This document shows positions 40,043 to 49,511 of a stretch of 64,000 nt of DNA, one piece after another. The stretch lies in contig JBBCGO010000001.1 of NCBI GenBank assembly GCA_037200925.1, forward strand, positions 317,248 to 381,247, read 5' to 3'. The notes beneath the pieces are model-generated. The model worked only from the letters and a program-made list of their open reading frames with translations, was not told where the DNA came from and ran no database searches. The stretch's first letter is position 1; each line of letters opens with the position of its first letter. This stretch comes from Candidatus Doudnabacteria bacterium (GTDB lineage Bacteria > Patescibacteriota > Doudnabacteria > UBA920 > O2-02-FULL-48-8). The translations under genes and the position numbers were made by a program.

Positions 40043-42175
40043 TTACTTACCTACCTGCCCGACTCTTATCTTTCCTGCTTCGCCGATGATCTTTTCTGAC
40101 ACGTGCTTCGGCACTTCTTCGTATTTGAGAAATTCCATGGTATAAGAAGCCTGGCCCTGCGACATGGACCTGATCTGCGTGGCGTAGCCGAACATTTCGG
40201 CCAATGGCACTTCCGCATCCACGACTTTGATGTTGCCGCGCTCGGTCATTTCCAGGATCTTGCCCCGCTTGGCGTTGAGGTCTCCGATGACATCGCCCAA
40301 AGATGATTCCGGGGTCAGCACTTCCACTTTCATAATAGGTTCCAAAAGAATTGGCTGGGCTTTTTTCACGGCATCCTGGAAAGCCATGGAGCCGGCGATC
40401 TTGAAAGCTATTTCGGATGAGTCAACTTCATGGTAGCTTCCATCGTAGAGAGTGGTTTTTACATTCAGCACCGGGAAACCCGCGATGACGCCGCGGTCTT
40501 CCGCTTCTTCTATTCCTTTTTCCACCGGCTTGATGTATTCCTTGGGGATCGTTCCGCCTACGACCTCGTTAACAAACTCGTTGCCTTTTGTCGGGTCATC
40601 CTGAGGCTCAATGCGGATGTAAACATGCCCGTATTGGCCGCGGCCGCCGGTCTGTCGGATGTATTTGCCTTCCGCTTCGGATTTTCCTTTGATAGTTTCT
40701 TTGTATGCGACCTGGGGACGGCCGACATTGGCTTCAACTTTAAATTCCCGCTTCATGCGGTCCACAATGATTTCCAGATGCAGTTCGCCCATGCCGGAGA
40801 TCAGGGTCTGATTGGTTTCTTCATCTGAGCGGATCCTGAAGGTCGGGTCTTCCTCGGCCAGTTTCTGCATGGCCAGGCCCATTTTCTCCTGGTCCTGCTT
40901 GGTCTTAGGTTCAATAGCCACCGAAATGACCGGTTCAGGGAATTTGATGCGCTCCAGTAAAATCGGATGATCGGCATCGCAAAGTGTATCGCCTGTGAAT
41001 GTGTCTTTCGGCCCCACTAAGGCTGCGATGTCGCCGGAAAAAACTTCTTTCACTTCTTCGCGCGAATCGGCATGCAGGCGGACCAGTCGGCCCACGCGTT
41101 CTTTGTTGCCTGACCGGGCATTGAGAATATACGAGCCGGTCTGCAGGGTCCCGGTGTAAACGCGGAAGAATGCCAATTTTCCCACGAACGGGTCAGTGGC
41201 TATTTTAAATGCCAAAGCTACGAACTTGTCCGAATCTTTCGGGGTCAATAAAATCTCTTCTTTGGTCTTCAGATTCGTGGCTTTGATCGGCGGCTTGTCC
41301 AGAGGAGACGGCAGATAATTCACCACGGCATCCAAAATACTGGTTACTATCAACCCGCGGCCATCACCGCCCAGAACCGGATAGAATTTTCCGGTCAAAG
41401 TGCTAAGCCTTATCGCTCTTACTAATTCTTCATCGCTGATCTCGGTTCCCGCCAGATACTTTTCCATCAAGGCATCGTCCGCCTCCACAACTTTTTCCAT
41501 AAGTTTCAAACGATATTCTTTGCACTTGGCCAGCATGTCAGCAGGCACTTCGCCTTCCACAAAACCTTTGTCTTTAAAATCTGTATAAGTATAAGACTTC
41601 ATTTTTACCAGATCCACGATACCGACGATGTCTTTTTCAAAACCGATCGGCAGCTGGATAGGATATGCGTTCGGGGACAGCCGCTTATGGATCGCATCCA
41701 AGGATTTATAAAAATCTCCGCCGGTTTGGTTGATCTTGTTTATAAAACACATGCGGGGCACCGAATATTTATCTGCCTGGCGCCACACAGTTTCGGATTG
41801 CGGTTCCACTCCCATTTTCCCGTCAAACACCACGACCGCGCCGTCCAGCACACGCAAAGAACGCTCCACTTCCACCGTAAAGTCTACGTGGCCCGGAGTA
41901 TCAATGATATTTATGCGGTGCGTATCTTCGGCCTTGCCGCCACTATGCAAACTTGGAGACCAAAAAGCCGTAGTGGCTGCAGCCGTGATCGTAATGCCGC
42001 GCTCGCGCTCCTGTTCCATCCAGTCCATGGCTGTGTTGCCTTCGTGCACTTCGCCTATCTTGTGGATCTTTCCCGTGTAAAACAAAATCGCCTCGGTAGT
42101 GGTGGTCTTACCGGCGTCAATGTGGGCAATTATCCCGATATTGCGTGTCTGTTCTAATGAATACTCACGTGGCAT
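40043..42175 (-). CDS. fusA: Elongation factor G
   Basis: [24 protein letters not shown]. Confidence 0.99.
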   Translation of the reverse strand: MPREYSLEQTRNIGIIAHIDAGKTTTTEAILFYTGKIHKIGEVHEGNTAMDWMEQERERGITITAAATTAFWSPSLHSGGKAEDTHRINIIDTPGHVDFTVEVERSLRVLDGAVVVFDGKMGVEPQSETVWRQADKYSVPRMCFINKINQTGGDFYKSLDAIHKRLSPNAYPIQLPIGFEKDIVGIVDLVKMKSYTYTDFKDKGFVEGEVPADMLAKCKEYRLKLMEKVVEADDALMEKYLAGTEISDEELVRAIRLSTLTGKFYPVLGGDGRGLIVTSILDAVVNYLPSPLDKPPIKATNLKTKEEILLTPKDSDKFVALAFKIATDPFVGKLAFFRVYTGTLQTGSYILNARSGNKERVGRLVRLHADSREEVKEVFSGDIAALVGPKDTFTGDTLCDADHPILLERIKFPEPVISVAIEPKTKQDQEKMGLAMQKLAEEDPTFRIRSDEETNQTLISGMGELHLEIIVDRMKREFKVEANVGRPQVAYKETIKGKSEAEGKYIRQTGGRGQYGHVYIRIEPQDDPTKGNEFVNEVVGGTIPKEYIKPVEKGIEEAEDRGVIAGFPVLNVKTTLYDGSYHEVDSSEIAFKIAGSMAFQDAVKKAQPILLEPIMKVEVLTPESSLGDVIGDLNAKRGKILEMTERGNIKVVDAEVPLAEMFGYATQIRSMSQGQASYTMEFLKYEEVPKHVSEKIIGEAGKIRVGQVGK

Positions 42176-42179
42176 TTAT

Positions 42180-42665
42180 TTACCTTCGTTGGAATCTTGC
42201 AAAATGAGCGAAGGCTTTGTTCGCTTCCGCCATCTTATGCACGTCTTCGCGCTTTTTGATGGCTGCGCCCTGCTTGTTGTAGGCTTCCATCAATTCCGTG
42301 GCCAGTTTTTCGGCCATGGGCTTTCCTTTTTTGGCGCGGGCCGCATCAATCACCCATTTCATGCCGAGCGTGGTTTTGCGCGGCTCCTGCACTTCCATCG
42401 GCACCTGATAATTGGCTCCGCCGATGCGGCGGCCCTTGACTTCAACCATCGGCGACACGTTGCGGATAGCCTGCTCAAAAACAGTTTTCGGATCCGCCTT
42501 CATATCAGTTTCAATTTTATCCATCGCGCCGTAAACCACTTTTGAAGCCACGGTCTTTTTGCCGCGGGTCATGACATAGTTAATGAACTTCGCGATCTTC
42601 ACGCTATTGTATTTGTTATCCGCCGTGACCGGATGTTTTTTATAGCTTCTTGCTTTCCTAGGCAT
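42180..42665 (-). CDS. rpsG: 30S ribosomal protein S7
   Basis: MPRK, GGANYQVP, MAEANKAFAH. Confidence 0.98.
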   Translation of the reverse strand: MPRKARSYKKHPVTADNKYNSVKIAKFINYVMTRGKKTVASKVVYGAMDKIETDMKADPKTVFEQAIRNVSPMVEVKGRRIGGANYQVPMEVQEPRKTTLGMKWVIDAARAKKGKPMAEKLATELMEAYNKQGAAIKKREDVHKMAEANKAFAHFARFQRR

Positions 42666-42666
42666 A

Positions 42667-43083
42667 CTATTCGGTCCTCTTCGCTCCGTACTTTGACCGG
42701 CCTTGCTTGCGGCCTTCCACTCCGGAGGCATCCAGTTTTCCGCGGACAATGTGATATCGAACGCCTGGTAAATCCTTCACGCGGCCGCCGCGGATCATGA
42801 CCACTGAGTGCTCCTGCAAATTATGGCCGATACCCGGGATATAGGCCGTGACTTCCATGCCGTTTGATAATCTAACGCGCGCGATCTTCCGCAAAGCCGA
42901 GTTTGGCTTTTTCGGCGTGGTGGTGGTGACTTTGATGCAAACTCCGCGCTTAAAAGGCGAACCCTTTGGCAAAGAATAAGGACTCCCTTGGAGCAGGTTA
43001 AAGCCGCGGTCCAGGGCCGGGGTTTTGGATTTATAAACTGATTTGGTTCGTCCTTTCCGGACAAGTTGATTTACTGTAGGCAT
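42667..43083 (-). CDS. rpsL: 30S ribosomal protein S12
   Basis: [20 protein letters not shown]. Confidence 0.99.
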   Translation of the reverse strand: MPTVNQLVRKGRTKSVYKSKTPALDRGFNLLQGSPYSLPKGSPFKRGVCIKVTTTTPKKPNSALRKIARVRLSNGMEVTAYIPGIGHNLQEHSVVMIRGGRVKDLPGVRYHIVRGKLDASGVEGRKQGRSKYGAKRTE

Positions 43084-43089
43084 GTCGTC

Positions 43090-43201
43090 GCAATTGGTCG
43101 AACCTTCGCAATTTTGCTTTGCAAAATATGCTACGGTCGACGTATTGCTCCTCTCGAAAAAATTGTTCTCGACGCTTCGCGTCTGCGACTCAATTTTTTC
43201 G
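43090..43201. repeat. Two long imperfect hairpins in the rpsL 5' leader
   Basis: 43090-43148 (attttgc/gcaaaat apex) and 43155-43201 (cgaaaaaattg/caattttttcg, gacgc-ttc-gcgtc apex). Confidence 0.6.
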
Positions 43202-43287
43202 TAATATTAATTTAGTTAAATTCGGCAAATTAAAACGGCTCATTAGCCGTTGTTGCAACTCAAAACAACGAATTTAATTACTGGCAA

Positions 43288-43316
43288 ATCCTAACAAGTT
43301 TTTGAAGGTGTGTCAA
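43288..43316 (-). promoter_or_regulatory. Sigma70-type promoter for the str operon
   Basis: TTGACA-17 nt-TAGGAT. Confidence 0.65.
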
Positions 43317-43340
43317 CAAATAAAGCAAAAAATCTGGCAA

Positions 43341-43369
43341 TTGACAAACTAAACATTTTATGCTAAAAT
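43341..43369 (+). promoter_or_regulatory. Divergent sigma70-type promoter
   Basis: TTGACA-17 nt-TAAAAT with TG extension. Confidence 0.75.
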
Positions 43370-43432
43370 AATAAGTTGGCAATACTGTCAACCTGTGATG
43401 TGCACAGCGATGTGTGCTTAGAGGAGAACAGT

Positions 43433-43603
43433 GTGGCGAAACCAAGTAAGAAAAAGGTCTGGACGAATCGAGAGATCTTTGAAGCCGCTCAATTCAAGGC
43501 TCTCAAAGTTCTAGATAAATCGCGCCGGCAAAAACTGAGGCCCGATCCGATCGACGATGAGCCTCAACTGAGTCTCGGCCTCGGTATCCATCTCAAGCGT
43601 TAG
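43433..43603 (+). CDS. Small basic hypothetical protein
   Basis: GAGGAG SD then GTG; AKPSKKKVWTNREIF. Confidence 0.5.
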   Translation: MAKPSKKKVWTNREIFEAAQFKALKVLDKSRRQKLRPDPIDDEPQLSLGLGIHLKR

Positions 43604-43607
43604 GAGA

Positions 43608-43925
43608 ATGATGGCTGCCAAACGGATCGAGAACTACAAACTTGGGAACATAGCGAACTTCGACAGATTGAAAAACACAGGCATTATCACACCCGAGATT
43701 GACGGTTGCAAACTGCAGTTCAGTTTCGAGAGTATCGCCCAACCGAGATTTGAAAACGGCATCATCGTCTGCCGTGGTCTAGTGCAGCCGATAAATCACA
43801 GGCGACCCAGGATCGGAGAGCAGATTCTCTATCTGACATCAGGCAATCGGCGCCCGGAGGTCATATCCTGGATAACCCTCACCGACGTCGGCAAGCTTGT
43901 CTGGCAAGAGGGGGCAACATCATAG
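43608..43925 (+). CDS. Degenerate cold-shock-domain-like protein
   Basis: GNIANFDRLKNTGIITP...QFSF...PRIGEQILY...W pattern. Confidence 0.55.
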   Translation: MMAAKRIENYKLGNIANFDRLKNTGIITPEIDGCKLQFSFESIAQPRFENGIIVCRGLVQPINHRRPRIGEQILYLTSGNRRPEVISWITLTDVGKLVWQEGATS

Positions 43926-44035
43926 TATAACGTTCGCAGAAATTGGCAAGATCGCCTGGGAGAAGTCTTGCGGACAATACAACATGGCAACTCGCAATAA
44001 CGAGTAGCTGACAGGAGGATGAACGAAAACTACAA

Positions 44036-44074
44036 AGGCGAGTTTGCATTAATGCAAACTCGCCTATTCTTTTT
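44036..44074 (+). terminator. Intrinsic terminator
   Basis: Perfect palindrome aggcgagtttgcattaatgcaaactcgcct plus T tract. Confidence 0.75.
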
Positions 44075-44169
44075 GTTCGAAAATTTGCGGCATTGACGGG
44101 AACGAAAAAAAATGATAGAAAAAATGCATTGTTCTCATCTAGCCATTTTCAACTGACCAAGGGGGGAAA

Positions 44170-44655
44170 ATGTCAGGGCAACCGAAACTTGCGGACGGCA
44201 TTGAGCATGGCAAAGTGAAATTCTTCACCAGCACCGGAGGCAGGAACTTCGGGTTCATCACACGCATCGGCAAACCTGATCTCCACTTCCATCACGACTT
44301 AGGTACTGCTTGGACATGCGTTAACGGCGAATTCTGTTTCGCAGGCAGGCACTGCAATCTGCCGAGCAGATTTGCCAAGCAGCATGACGATATCTATTTT
44401 ATCGAAGGCCGGACCAAGAAAGGCCCGACCGCCGCTCCCTGGGCCCTTGGCGAGGACCTCGATCGGTTGATCAAAGCGCGAAGCAGAAACACGGTCACCA
44501 ACACCGGCACAGAGGCCATCCGTCGGCCGCGCGAGCCCGTGACCTCAGAAGACCGTTTCGAAACCGGCGACGACTTTGTCGATCGGATCGATCGAATAGA
44601 AGGTCGCAGAGCCACGGACAGGATGTTGTCGCGAATGCTTCACGATGATGACTGA
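44170..44655 (+). CDS. Cold-shock-domain protein with C-terminal extension
   Basis: GKVKFF...NFGFI...DLHFH (RNP1/RNP2-like), KGPTA. Confidence 0.75.
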   Translation: MSGQPKLADGIEHGKVKFFTSTGGRNFGFITRIGKPDLHFHHDLGTAWTCVNGEFCFAGRHCNLPSRFAKQHDDIYFIEGRTKKGPTAAPWALGEDLDRLIKARSRNTVTNTGTEAIRRPREPVTSEDRFETGDDFVDRIDRIEGRRATDRMLSRMLHDDD

Positions 44656-44783
44656 ATCGGCAACGATTTGGAAGATAAAAAACAAAGGCGCCCGGTCATA
44701 AAAGACCCGGACGCCTCTTCTTTTTGCCATTGACTTATAGCTCCAATAAGTCTAGAATTATCTCCTCACAACAGGAGGATGAA

Positions 44784-45335
44784 ATGTACAAGGCTGGTAC
44801 GATCACGCTTGTCGCGCCAAGCCTTGGAACGGCTTTGGCAGTCAATGGCGGAGAAAAATGGCTTGTTCAGCAGAACCGCAGAGGTCAGTTTATACAAGGA
44901 CTGGAACAACCCGAACTGACTGAATCTTCGGCGGAAACTAGGCAACGTCTGCCGATACGGTCTGAGGTCATTTATTTCATTGAGGATGAGAATGACCCTG
45001 CTGCGGTAAAGCTGTGGGCCACAAAACAGGACTACCTGGACATAGAAGAAATCATTCGGCAGCGAAAAGAATCAGACCAGCAGAAAGAAGAAATGGCGTC
45101 TCGGCCCAAGATCCGTGTCATGGAGCAACTCATCGAGCGAGGTATCCTGATCGGTGAGGCGAAACCGGTCATAAACGAAATATTCCTTGATGACTTTCTC
45201 AGGCAATATTCGATCATCAGACGCCACGATACGTTCGCTACATCAGGCGATTTTTATCAAACCCGCAAACGCTGGTTTGAACAACTAACGCCGGAAGGCT
45301 GGGTTCAAACTCCGGACCCGCGCCGGAAGTTATAA
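44784..45335 (+). CDS. Hypothetical protein, possibly a very diverged cold-shock-like domain
   Basis: TTGACT-17-TAGAAT promoter, AGGAGG SD; LP...IYFIE...W segment similar to 44170 protein. Confidence 0.6.
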   Translation: MYKAGTITLVAPSLGTALAVNGGEKWLVQQNRRGQFIQGLEQPELTESSAETRQRLPIRSEVIYFIEDENDPAAVKLWATKQDYLDIEEIIRQRKESDQQKEEMASRPKIRVMEQLIERGILIGEAKPVINEIFLDDFLRQYSIIRRHDTFATSGDFYQTRKRWFEQLTPEGWVQTPDPRRKL

Positions 45336-45376
45336 CACGGCGAGTTTGCGCAGCGCGCTAGCTCGCCTCTTTTTTA

Positions 45377-46030
45377 TTAAAAACCCAGCGGCGCGTTGGG
45401 ACCCAGCAAAAATTTCAGGAAAAAAACCAGCGGCGGCAGAACTATGCTTTGCAAAACACCTGTATACAGCAATATGGCCAAAACCGCGAACAGCCAAATG
45501 CCAAACCGCTCCAAGGATAAAATAGCGTACATCCATGCTTCATTAAAATAACCTAAAATGCTCGCTAAAACTTTGGAACCGTCCAGAGGCGGAACCGGGA
45601 TGAGATTAAAAAAACAAAGCACTAAATTCAAGCTCACGGTTTCTATCAGCAGATCTTGCCCCATTGCGGAAATATTCGGCACCAGCCTGAAAACTGCGGC
45701 CGCCAAAATTGCCAGCAAAAAATTCGTAGCTACGCCCGCAATTGCGACCAAAAACATATCACGCTTAAGATTTTTGAAATTCCTGTAATCCACCGGCACC
45801 GGCTTGGCCGCACCGAACACGAACATACCGTGAGTGGCCCAAAACAAAAATAGAGGCAGTAAAATTGAGCCGAACGGATCTATGTGCGGTATGGGATTAA
45901 GGGTCAGCCGTCCTGCTTCACGCGCAGTCGGGTCCCCCAGTTTTTCCGCCACCAAACCATGCGCGACTTCATGAAAGATCACGGAGAACAGCAAGATCAA
46001 AATAAATATGATGATCGAGATCGGGTCCAT
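45377..46030 (-). CDS. Site-2 protease (M50) family protein
   Basis: HEVAH and FNLIPVPPLDG. Confidence 0.93.
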   Translation of the reverse strand: MDPISIIIFILILLFSVIFHEVAHGLVAEKLGDPTAREAGRLTLNPIPHIDPFGSILLPLFLFWATHGMFVFGAAKPVPVDYRNFKNLKRDMFLVAIAGVATNFLLAILAAAVFRLVPNISAMGQDLLIETVSLNLVLCFFNLIPVPPLDGSKVLASILGYFNEAWMYAILSLERFGIWLFAVLAILLYTGVLQSIVLPPLVFFLKFLLGPNAPLGF

Positions 46031-46121
46031 ATGACTTGATAAATTCCTTTTATTATGCTAACCTTAACCAGTGCTTATTCATCATAAGCATTATTTATTT
46101 CTTTAACAAGTGGAGCATTTT

Positions 46122-46313
46122 ATGGCAAGAGTTTGCGAAATTTGCGGCAAAGGCTATCTCGCCACGTTTACGCGGTCCCATTCCATGCGCAAGACCAAGG
46201 TCCGGCTCTATCCCAATCTCCAACGGTTGACCTTGGATCACGGCAAGAGGGTCAAGGCTTGTACCAAATGTATCAAGACGCACAACCGTAAAATGGTGGC
46301 AGTCGCCGTATAA
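46122..46313 (+). CDS. rpmB: 50S ribosomal protein L28 (zinc type)
   Basis: MARVCEICGK, SHS, PNLQ, CTKC. Confidence 0.93.
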   Translation: MARVCEICGKGYLATFTRSHSMRKTKVRLYPNLQRLTLDHGKRVKACTKCIKTHNRKMVAVAV

Positions 46314-46344
46314 AAAATCCCCGTCAAATGACCGGGGATTTTTT
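46312..46344. terminator. Bidirectional terminator between rpmB and mscL
   Basis: aaaaaatcccc-gtca...tgac-cggggatttttt. Confidence 0.8.
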
Positions 46345-46346
46345 GT

Positions 46347-46733
46347 TTAGCTTAATTGCGAGGTGCAGTTCGGGCAGCGTGTGGCTTTCAGTGCTATCGG
46401 CGTGATACAGAACGGACATTCTTTCGTATTCGGGACGTCTTTAGGTACACGGCTCAAACGGTTGAACTGCTTGATCACCAAAAATACGGCAAATGCCACA
46501 ATGAAAAAATTTATAAGCGCATTCAGGAAAGATCCGAAAGCCAATGAATGGTGAAAAAATACCAATTTTAAATTGGCAAAATAAATATGCCCGGTGAATA
46601 TACTTATGATCGGATTGATGATATCGGTAACCAAAGAGTTGACCACTTGGCCAAAAGCCGCCCCGATCACTACGCCGACCGCCAGTTCTAAGGCGCTGCC
46701 TCTGATTGCGAATTCCTTAAATTCTTTCCACAT
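46347..46733 (-). CDS. mscL: Large-conductance mechanosensitive channel with C-terminal zinc ribbon
   Basis: KEFKEFAIRG, LAVGVVIGAAF, CPFC...CPNC. Confidence 0.93.
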   Translation of the reverse strand: MWKEFKEFAIRGSALELAVGVVIGAAFGQVVNSLVTDIINPIISIFTGHIYFANLKLVFFHHSLAFGSFLNALINFFIVAFAVFLVIKQFNRLSRVPKDVPNTKECPFCITPIALKATRCPNCTSQLS

Positions 46734-46743
46734 ATACCCTATC

Positions 46744-47679
46744 TTACACTGTTCGGGCTTCGGCTTCAACCGCTTTTTTATCCGGCAGATTTTCGTTCAC
46801 AATTGTCAGTTTCGTGATCGCAAACAGCAAAATTGCCCCGCCATAAATTTGCATCCCAGATAAAGTAGCACCAAGGAATTTCCAGTTCACGATCACGGCC
46901 GCGAACGGAAAAGCCAGCTCGCAAAGCGTCGCTACTGAGGCTTTGGTTGAGCGCAGGCCGTAATAATAGATCATAAGCGAAATAAACCCTGCGACAATGG
47001 CGGTGATAAACACGAATCCCCAATCTTTTTTTGTGGTCAAGGCCAGCTCCGGCAAAGCATGATAATAAATTTCAAGAAAGAAAAGAAAAACCAAGGCTGA
47101 GAGAAACCGAAGCCCGGTCATAACTTGAAAACTGACTTTATTCAGCACAAACCTCCCGAACACGGTTGACCCGCCCCAGAAAAACGCGGCTCCCAAAGCC
47201 AGCAGCACTCCTAAGGTATTGGAGTTCCAGGTAAAACCCGTCGGCCGCAGGTCAGGAAATGAAATAATGTAGGCGCCAAAAATCGCCACAACGGCCCAAA
47301 GCCAAAAATTCTTGGACAAATTTTCTTTCAAGATCCAGGCGGCCAGACCGATCGCGATCAAGGGCTGGAGTTTTTGCAATAAAATCGCGACAGTAGGGTT
47401 CAAATAGTGGAAGCTTTGCGTAAACAAAACTGTGGCCAGGGCGGAACCGCCAAAACCGATGAAAATAACTGACAGCCATTCGCGCCATGTCAGATTTTTT
47501 AATTCATGCAAGCGAGGCAATAAGATCGCTATTGCCAGAACTGCGATCATGATGTGTTCCATCAAAACGATCGTGGTCGATGACAGCTGAGTCGTTAAAT
47601 ATTTGCGGAACGGCGCGTCCACTGCCCACAAAATCGCCGCAAAGGTCACGAACCAAGGCCCAAATTTGTCGTTTTTCAT
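46744..47679 (-). CDS. DMT/EamA transporter, probable riboflavin importer (ImpX-like)
   Basis: About 10 TM helices in two EamA-like repeats; directly downstream of an FMN riboswitch. Confidence 0.8.
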   Translation of the reverse strand: MKNDKFGPWFVTFAAILWAVDAPFRKYLTTQLSSTTIVLMEHIMIAVLAIAILLPRLHELKNLTWREWLSVIFIGFGGSALATVLFTQSFHYLNPTVAILLQKLQPLIAIGLAAWILKENLSKNFWLWAVVAIFGAYIISFPDLRPTGFTWNSNTLGVLLALGAAFFWGGSTVFGRFVLNKVSFQVMTGLRFLSALVFLFFLEIYYHALPELALTTKKDWGFVFITAIVAGFISLMIYYYGLRSTKASVATLCELAFPFAAVIVNWKFLGATLSGMQIYGGAILLFAITKLTIVNENLPDKKAVEAEARTV

Positions 47680-47722
47680 AAAAATAAAACCCTGTTCTTT
47701 CAGGGCAAACGCAAAAAACCTG

Positions 47723-47852
47723 CCTTCTTTCATCCGGACTTTACCGTCGCCTCTGGAATTGCACCAGATCAGCCCAGTTCCAGTTCTTCAAACTGGGGCT
47801 GGGGTCGCGGGGTTTACCGCCGGTGGGGACTTACACCCCGCCCTGAAGGATA
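47723..47852 (-). ncRNA. FMN riboswitch (RFN element)
   Basis: CTTCAGGGCGGGGTG...CCCCACCGGCGGTAAA...GATCTGGTGCAATTCCAGAGGCGACGGTAAAGTCCGGATGAAAGAAG. Confidence 0.95.
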
Positions 47853-48212
47853 TTAATTGCTTGAATTATAACTTTTGAAAAACTCTCTTGCAAGCTGCTC
47901 ATCCTGCTTCATTTGTTCGATCAGCGCTTGTTCGGATTCAAATTTTTGATTCTCACGCAGTTTTTTTATTGTCTCTACCTCAATTTTTTGGTTATAAAGG
48001 TCATCTGAAAAATCTAAAATATAAATTTCCGCTTTTCGGTCAGTCTCGCCAAAGGTTTGAGCCGCACCAATAAAAACCAAAGCCGGTTTGCTGTTTGCCA
48101 GCCCGATATAAAGTCCGTCTGGCAGATCTTTCGGAACGTCAAGATTTGCCGTTGCAAATCCCAGATCTTTTCCGCGCCCTGCTCCTTTTTTTACAATTCC
48201 CGAAAACTTCAT
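47853..48212 (-). CDS. Standalone riboflavin kinase
   Basis: GAGRGKDLGFATANL, EIYILDFSDDLY, LRENQKF; equals RibF C-terminal domain. Confidence 0.88.
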   Translation of the reverse strand: MKFSGIVKKGAGRGKDLGFATANLDVPKDLPDGLYIGLANSKPALVFIGAAQTFGETDRKAEIYILDFSDDLYNQKIEVETIKKLRENQKFESEQALIEQMKQDEQLAREFFKSYNSSN

Positions 48213-48625
48213 CTGCTCTTTTTTCTGATTATTGAGCTCTTAAATACCTCGGGTCGAAAGGGTTTGAGTCTTATTACTTTGGTCTTCAACCCTCGCTTCT
48301 GCAATTCTTTGGGCAGATTTCCAACAAAAGACCCTTGGTCATAACCAAGCGCAATTAAGTCAGGTTTTTCTTTTTTGATGTGCGGCCACGGGTCTTTGGT
48401 GCCGCCCAAAACGACTCTGTTTGCAAGCTTCAGTTGTTTGACATGCTGAGCGCGTTTTTTTTCGTCAAAAACAGGGGACTTCTCTTTGATTCTTTTCACA
48501 TTCAAATCTCTGGCAACGGAAACTATCAAAAACGTCCCCAATTTTTTTGCCTGCTTAATAAAACTAATATGCCCCGGATGCAGCAGATCAAAAACTCCGA
48601 ATACCATGACTTTCTTCATGACCAA
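48209..48625 (-). CDS. FAD synthase, RibL-like nucleotidyltransferase
   Basis: GVFDLLHPGH, VARD, LGYDQ, SS; adjacent to riboflavin kinase. Confidence 0.8.
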   Translation of the reverse strand: MVMKKVMVFGVFDLLHPGHISFIKQAKKLGTFLIVSVARDLNVKRIKEKSPVFDEKKRAQHVKQLKLANRVVLGGTKDPWPHIKKEKPDLIALGYDQGSFVGNLPKELQKRGLKTKVIRLKPFRPEVFKSSIIRKKSR

Positions 48626-48706
48626 ATCATAGCGAATTTTGGGAAAAAAAAGAAGACTTTGATTATATCTAACATAAAGACTATAATAGACTAGCTAAAA
48701 AATTAT

Positions 48707-48780
48707 CGGGGTGTAGTATACCGGTAGTACGCGCCCATGGGGTGGGTGTAGACCGGGTCCAATTCCCGGCACCCCGACCA
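48707..48780 (+). tRNA. tRNA-Pro (GGG)
   Basis: Acceptor CGGGGTG/CACCCCG, anticodon loop ATGGGGT, encoded CCA. Confidence 0.9.
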
Positions 48781-48859
48781 AGAAAAAATCTCAACGTCTG
48801 TTGGGATTTTTTCTATAATAGACAAATATAAAAAAGAAGCCCGAAGATTGCTCTTCAGG

Positions 48860-48979
48860 CTATATGGTGGCACGAATTTCCGCGATTGTGCGGATAGGCG
48901 GACAAACTTTCTCCTGCTCATCGGCGCGGCGCTGCTGGGGTACTGGACGATCATCTGTTCGGCGAGTTTGCTCAGACAT
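48860..48979 (-). CDS. Small hypothetical peptide (39 aa)
   Basis: AAGGA upstream; MSEQTRRTDDRPVPQQRRADEQEKVCPPIRTIAEIRATI; followed by terminator hairpin. Confidence 0.4.
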   Translation of the reverse strand: MSEQTRRTDDRPVPQQRRADEQEKVCPPIRTIAEIRATI

Positions 48980-48992
48980 GGCTCTCTGTCCT

Positions 48993-49250
48993 TTATGTTG
49001 CGGAGCGGGCTGTGATCCGGAAGATTTTGACTAGTTCGTTGCGGCGTCCGTACCGGAAGCTTTGTTCCGTGTAGATACAAAGTTCCGGCGGAAAGCAAGT
49101 CGCATACACGCTTCTCTCCTCTGCCCGGATCAATGCCTCGTTCTCTGATACGGCAAGTTTGTACCCTGTATAGTCCCTTCCGAGACCGATTAGTTCGCGC
49201 ATGTCCTTCTCCGCGCTAGACGCCATGACCATAGCCCTTCGGGTGCTCAT
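48993..49250 (-). CDS. Hypothetical protein (start uncertain)
   Basis: ORF between neighbouring islet genes. Confidence 0.45.
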   Translation of the reverse strand: MSTRRAMVMASSAEKDMRELIGLGRDYTGYKLAVSENEALIRAEERSVYATCFPPELCIYTEQSFRYGRRNELVKIFRITARSAT

Positions 49251-49476
49251 CCGGTTTTCTGGTCAGCTGAGCCGAAAGAAAGACCTGTCCGGGTGCTCCC
49301 TGCAGCACTGCGGCTATCCTGTTCGCGGCGGCGCGCTGCGCTGCGAGAGTGCGAGTCAACGCCTGTTTACGGAACTCCGGCACTCTCGGATTGTTCAGGC
49401 GGGCCTGGATTCCGATGATATTGGCCTCGATCCGGGTATACCTGGCCATGACCGGACAATGCGGCATATCGTGCAT
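49216..49476 (-). CDS. Hypothetical protein (86 aa)
   Basis: AGGGGG SD-like element before ATG; downstream of candidate attenuator B. Confidence 0.55.
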   Translation of the reverse strand: MHDMPHCPVMARYTRIEANIIGIQARLNNPRVPEFRKQALTRTLAAQRAAANRIAAVLQGAPGQVFLSAQLTRKPDEHPKGYGHGV

Positions 49477-49511
49477 CTTATTCCCCCTTCACTTTCTGAA
49501 ATTTACGCCTC

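Noticed and set aside
47680-47733. ORF-track N-terminal extensions (DMT; also rpsG, rplR, uppP, tatD, adk, mscL)
   Set aside because: Extensions overlap a riboswitch, repeat or upstream gene; downstream ATGs match family starts.
48707-48780. Atypical T-loop (GTCCAAT) as sign of a tRNA pseudogene or att remnant
   Set aside because: All stems and CCA are intact and no duplicated tRNA 3' end was found across the islet.
48703-49098. 131-aa minus-strand ORF
   Set aside because: Runs antisense through tRNA-Pro and across a terminator.
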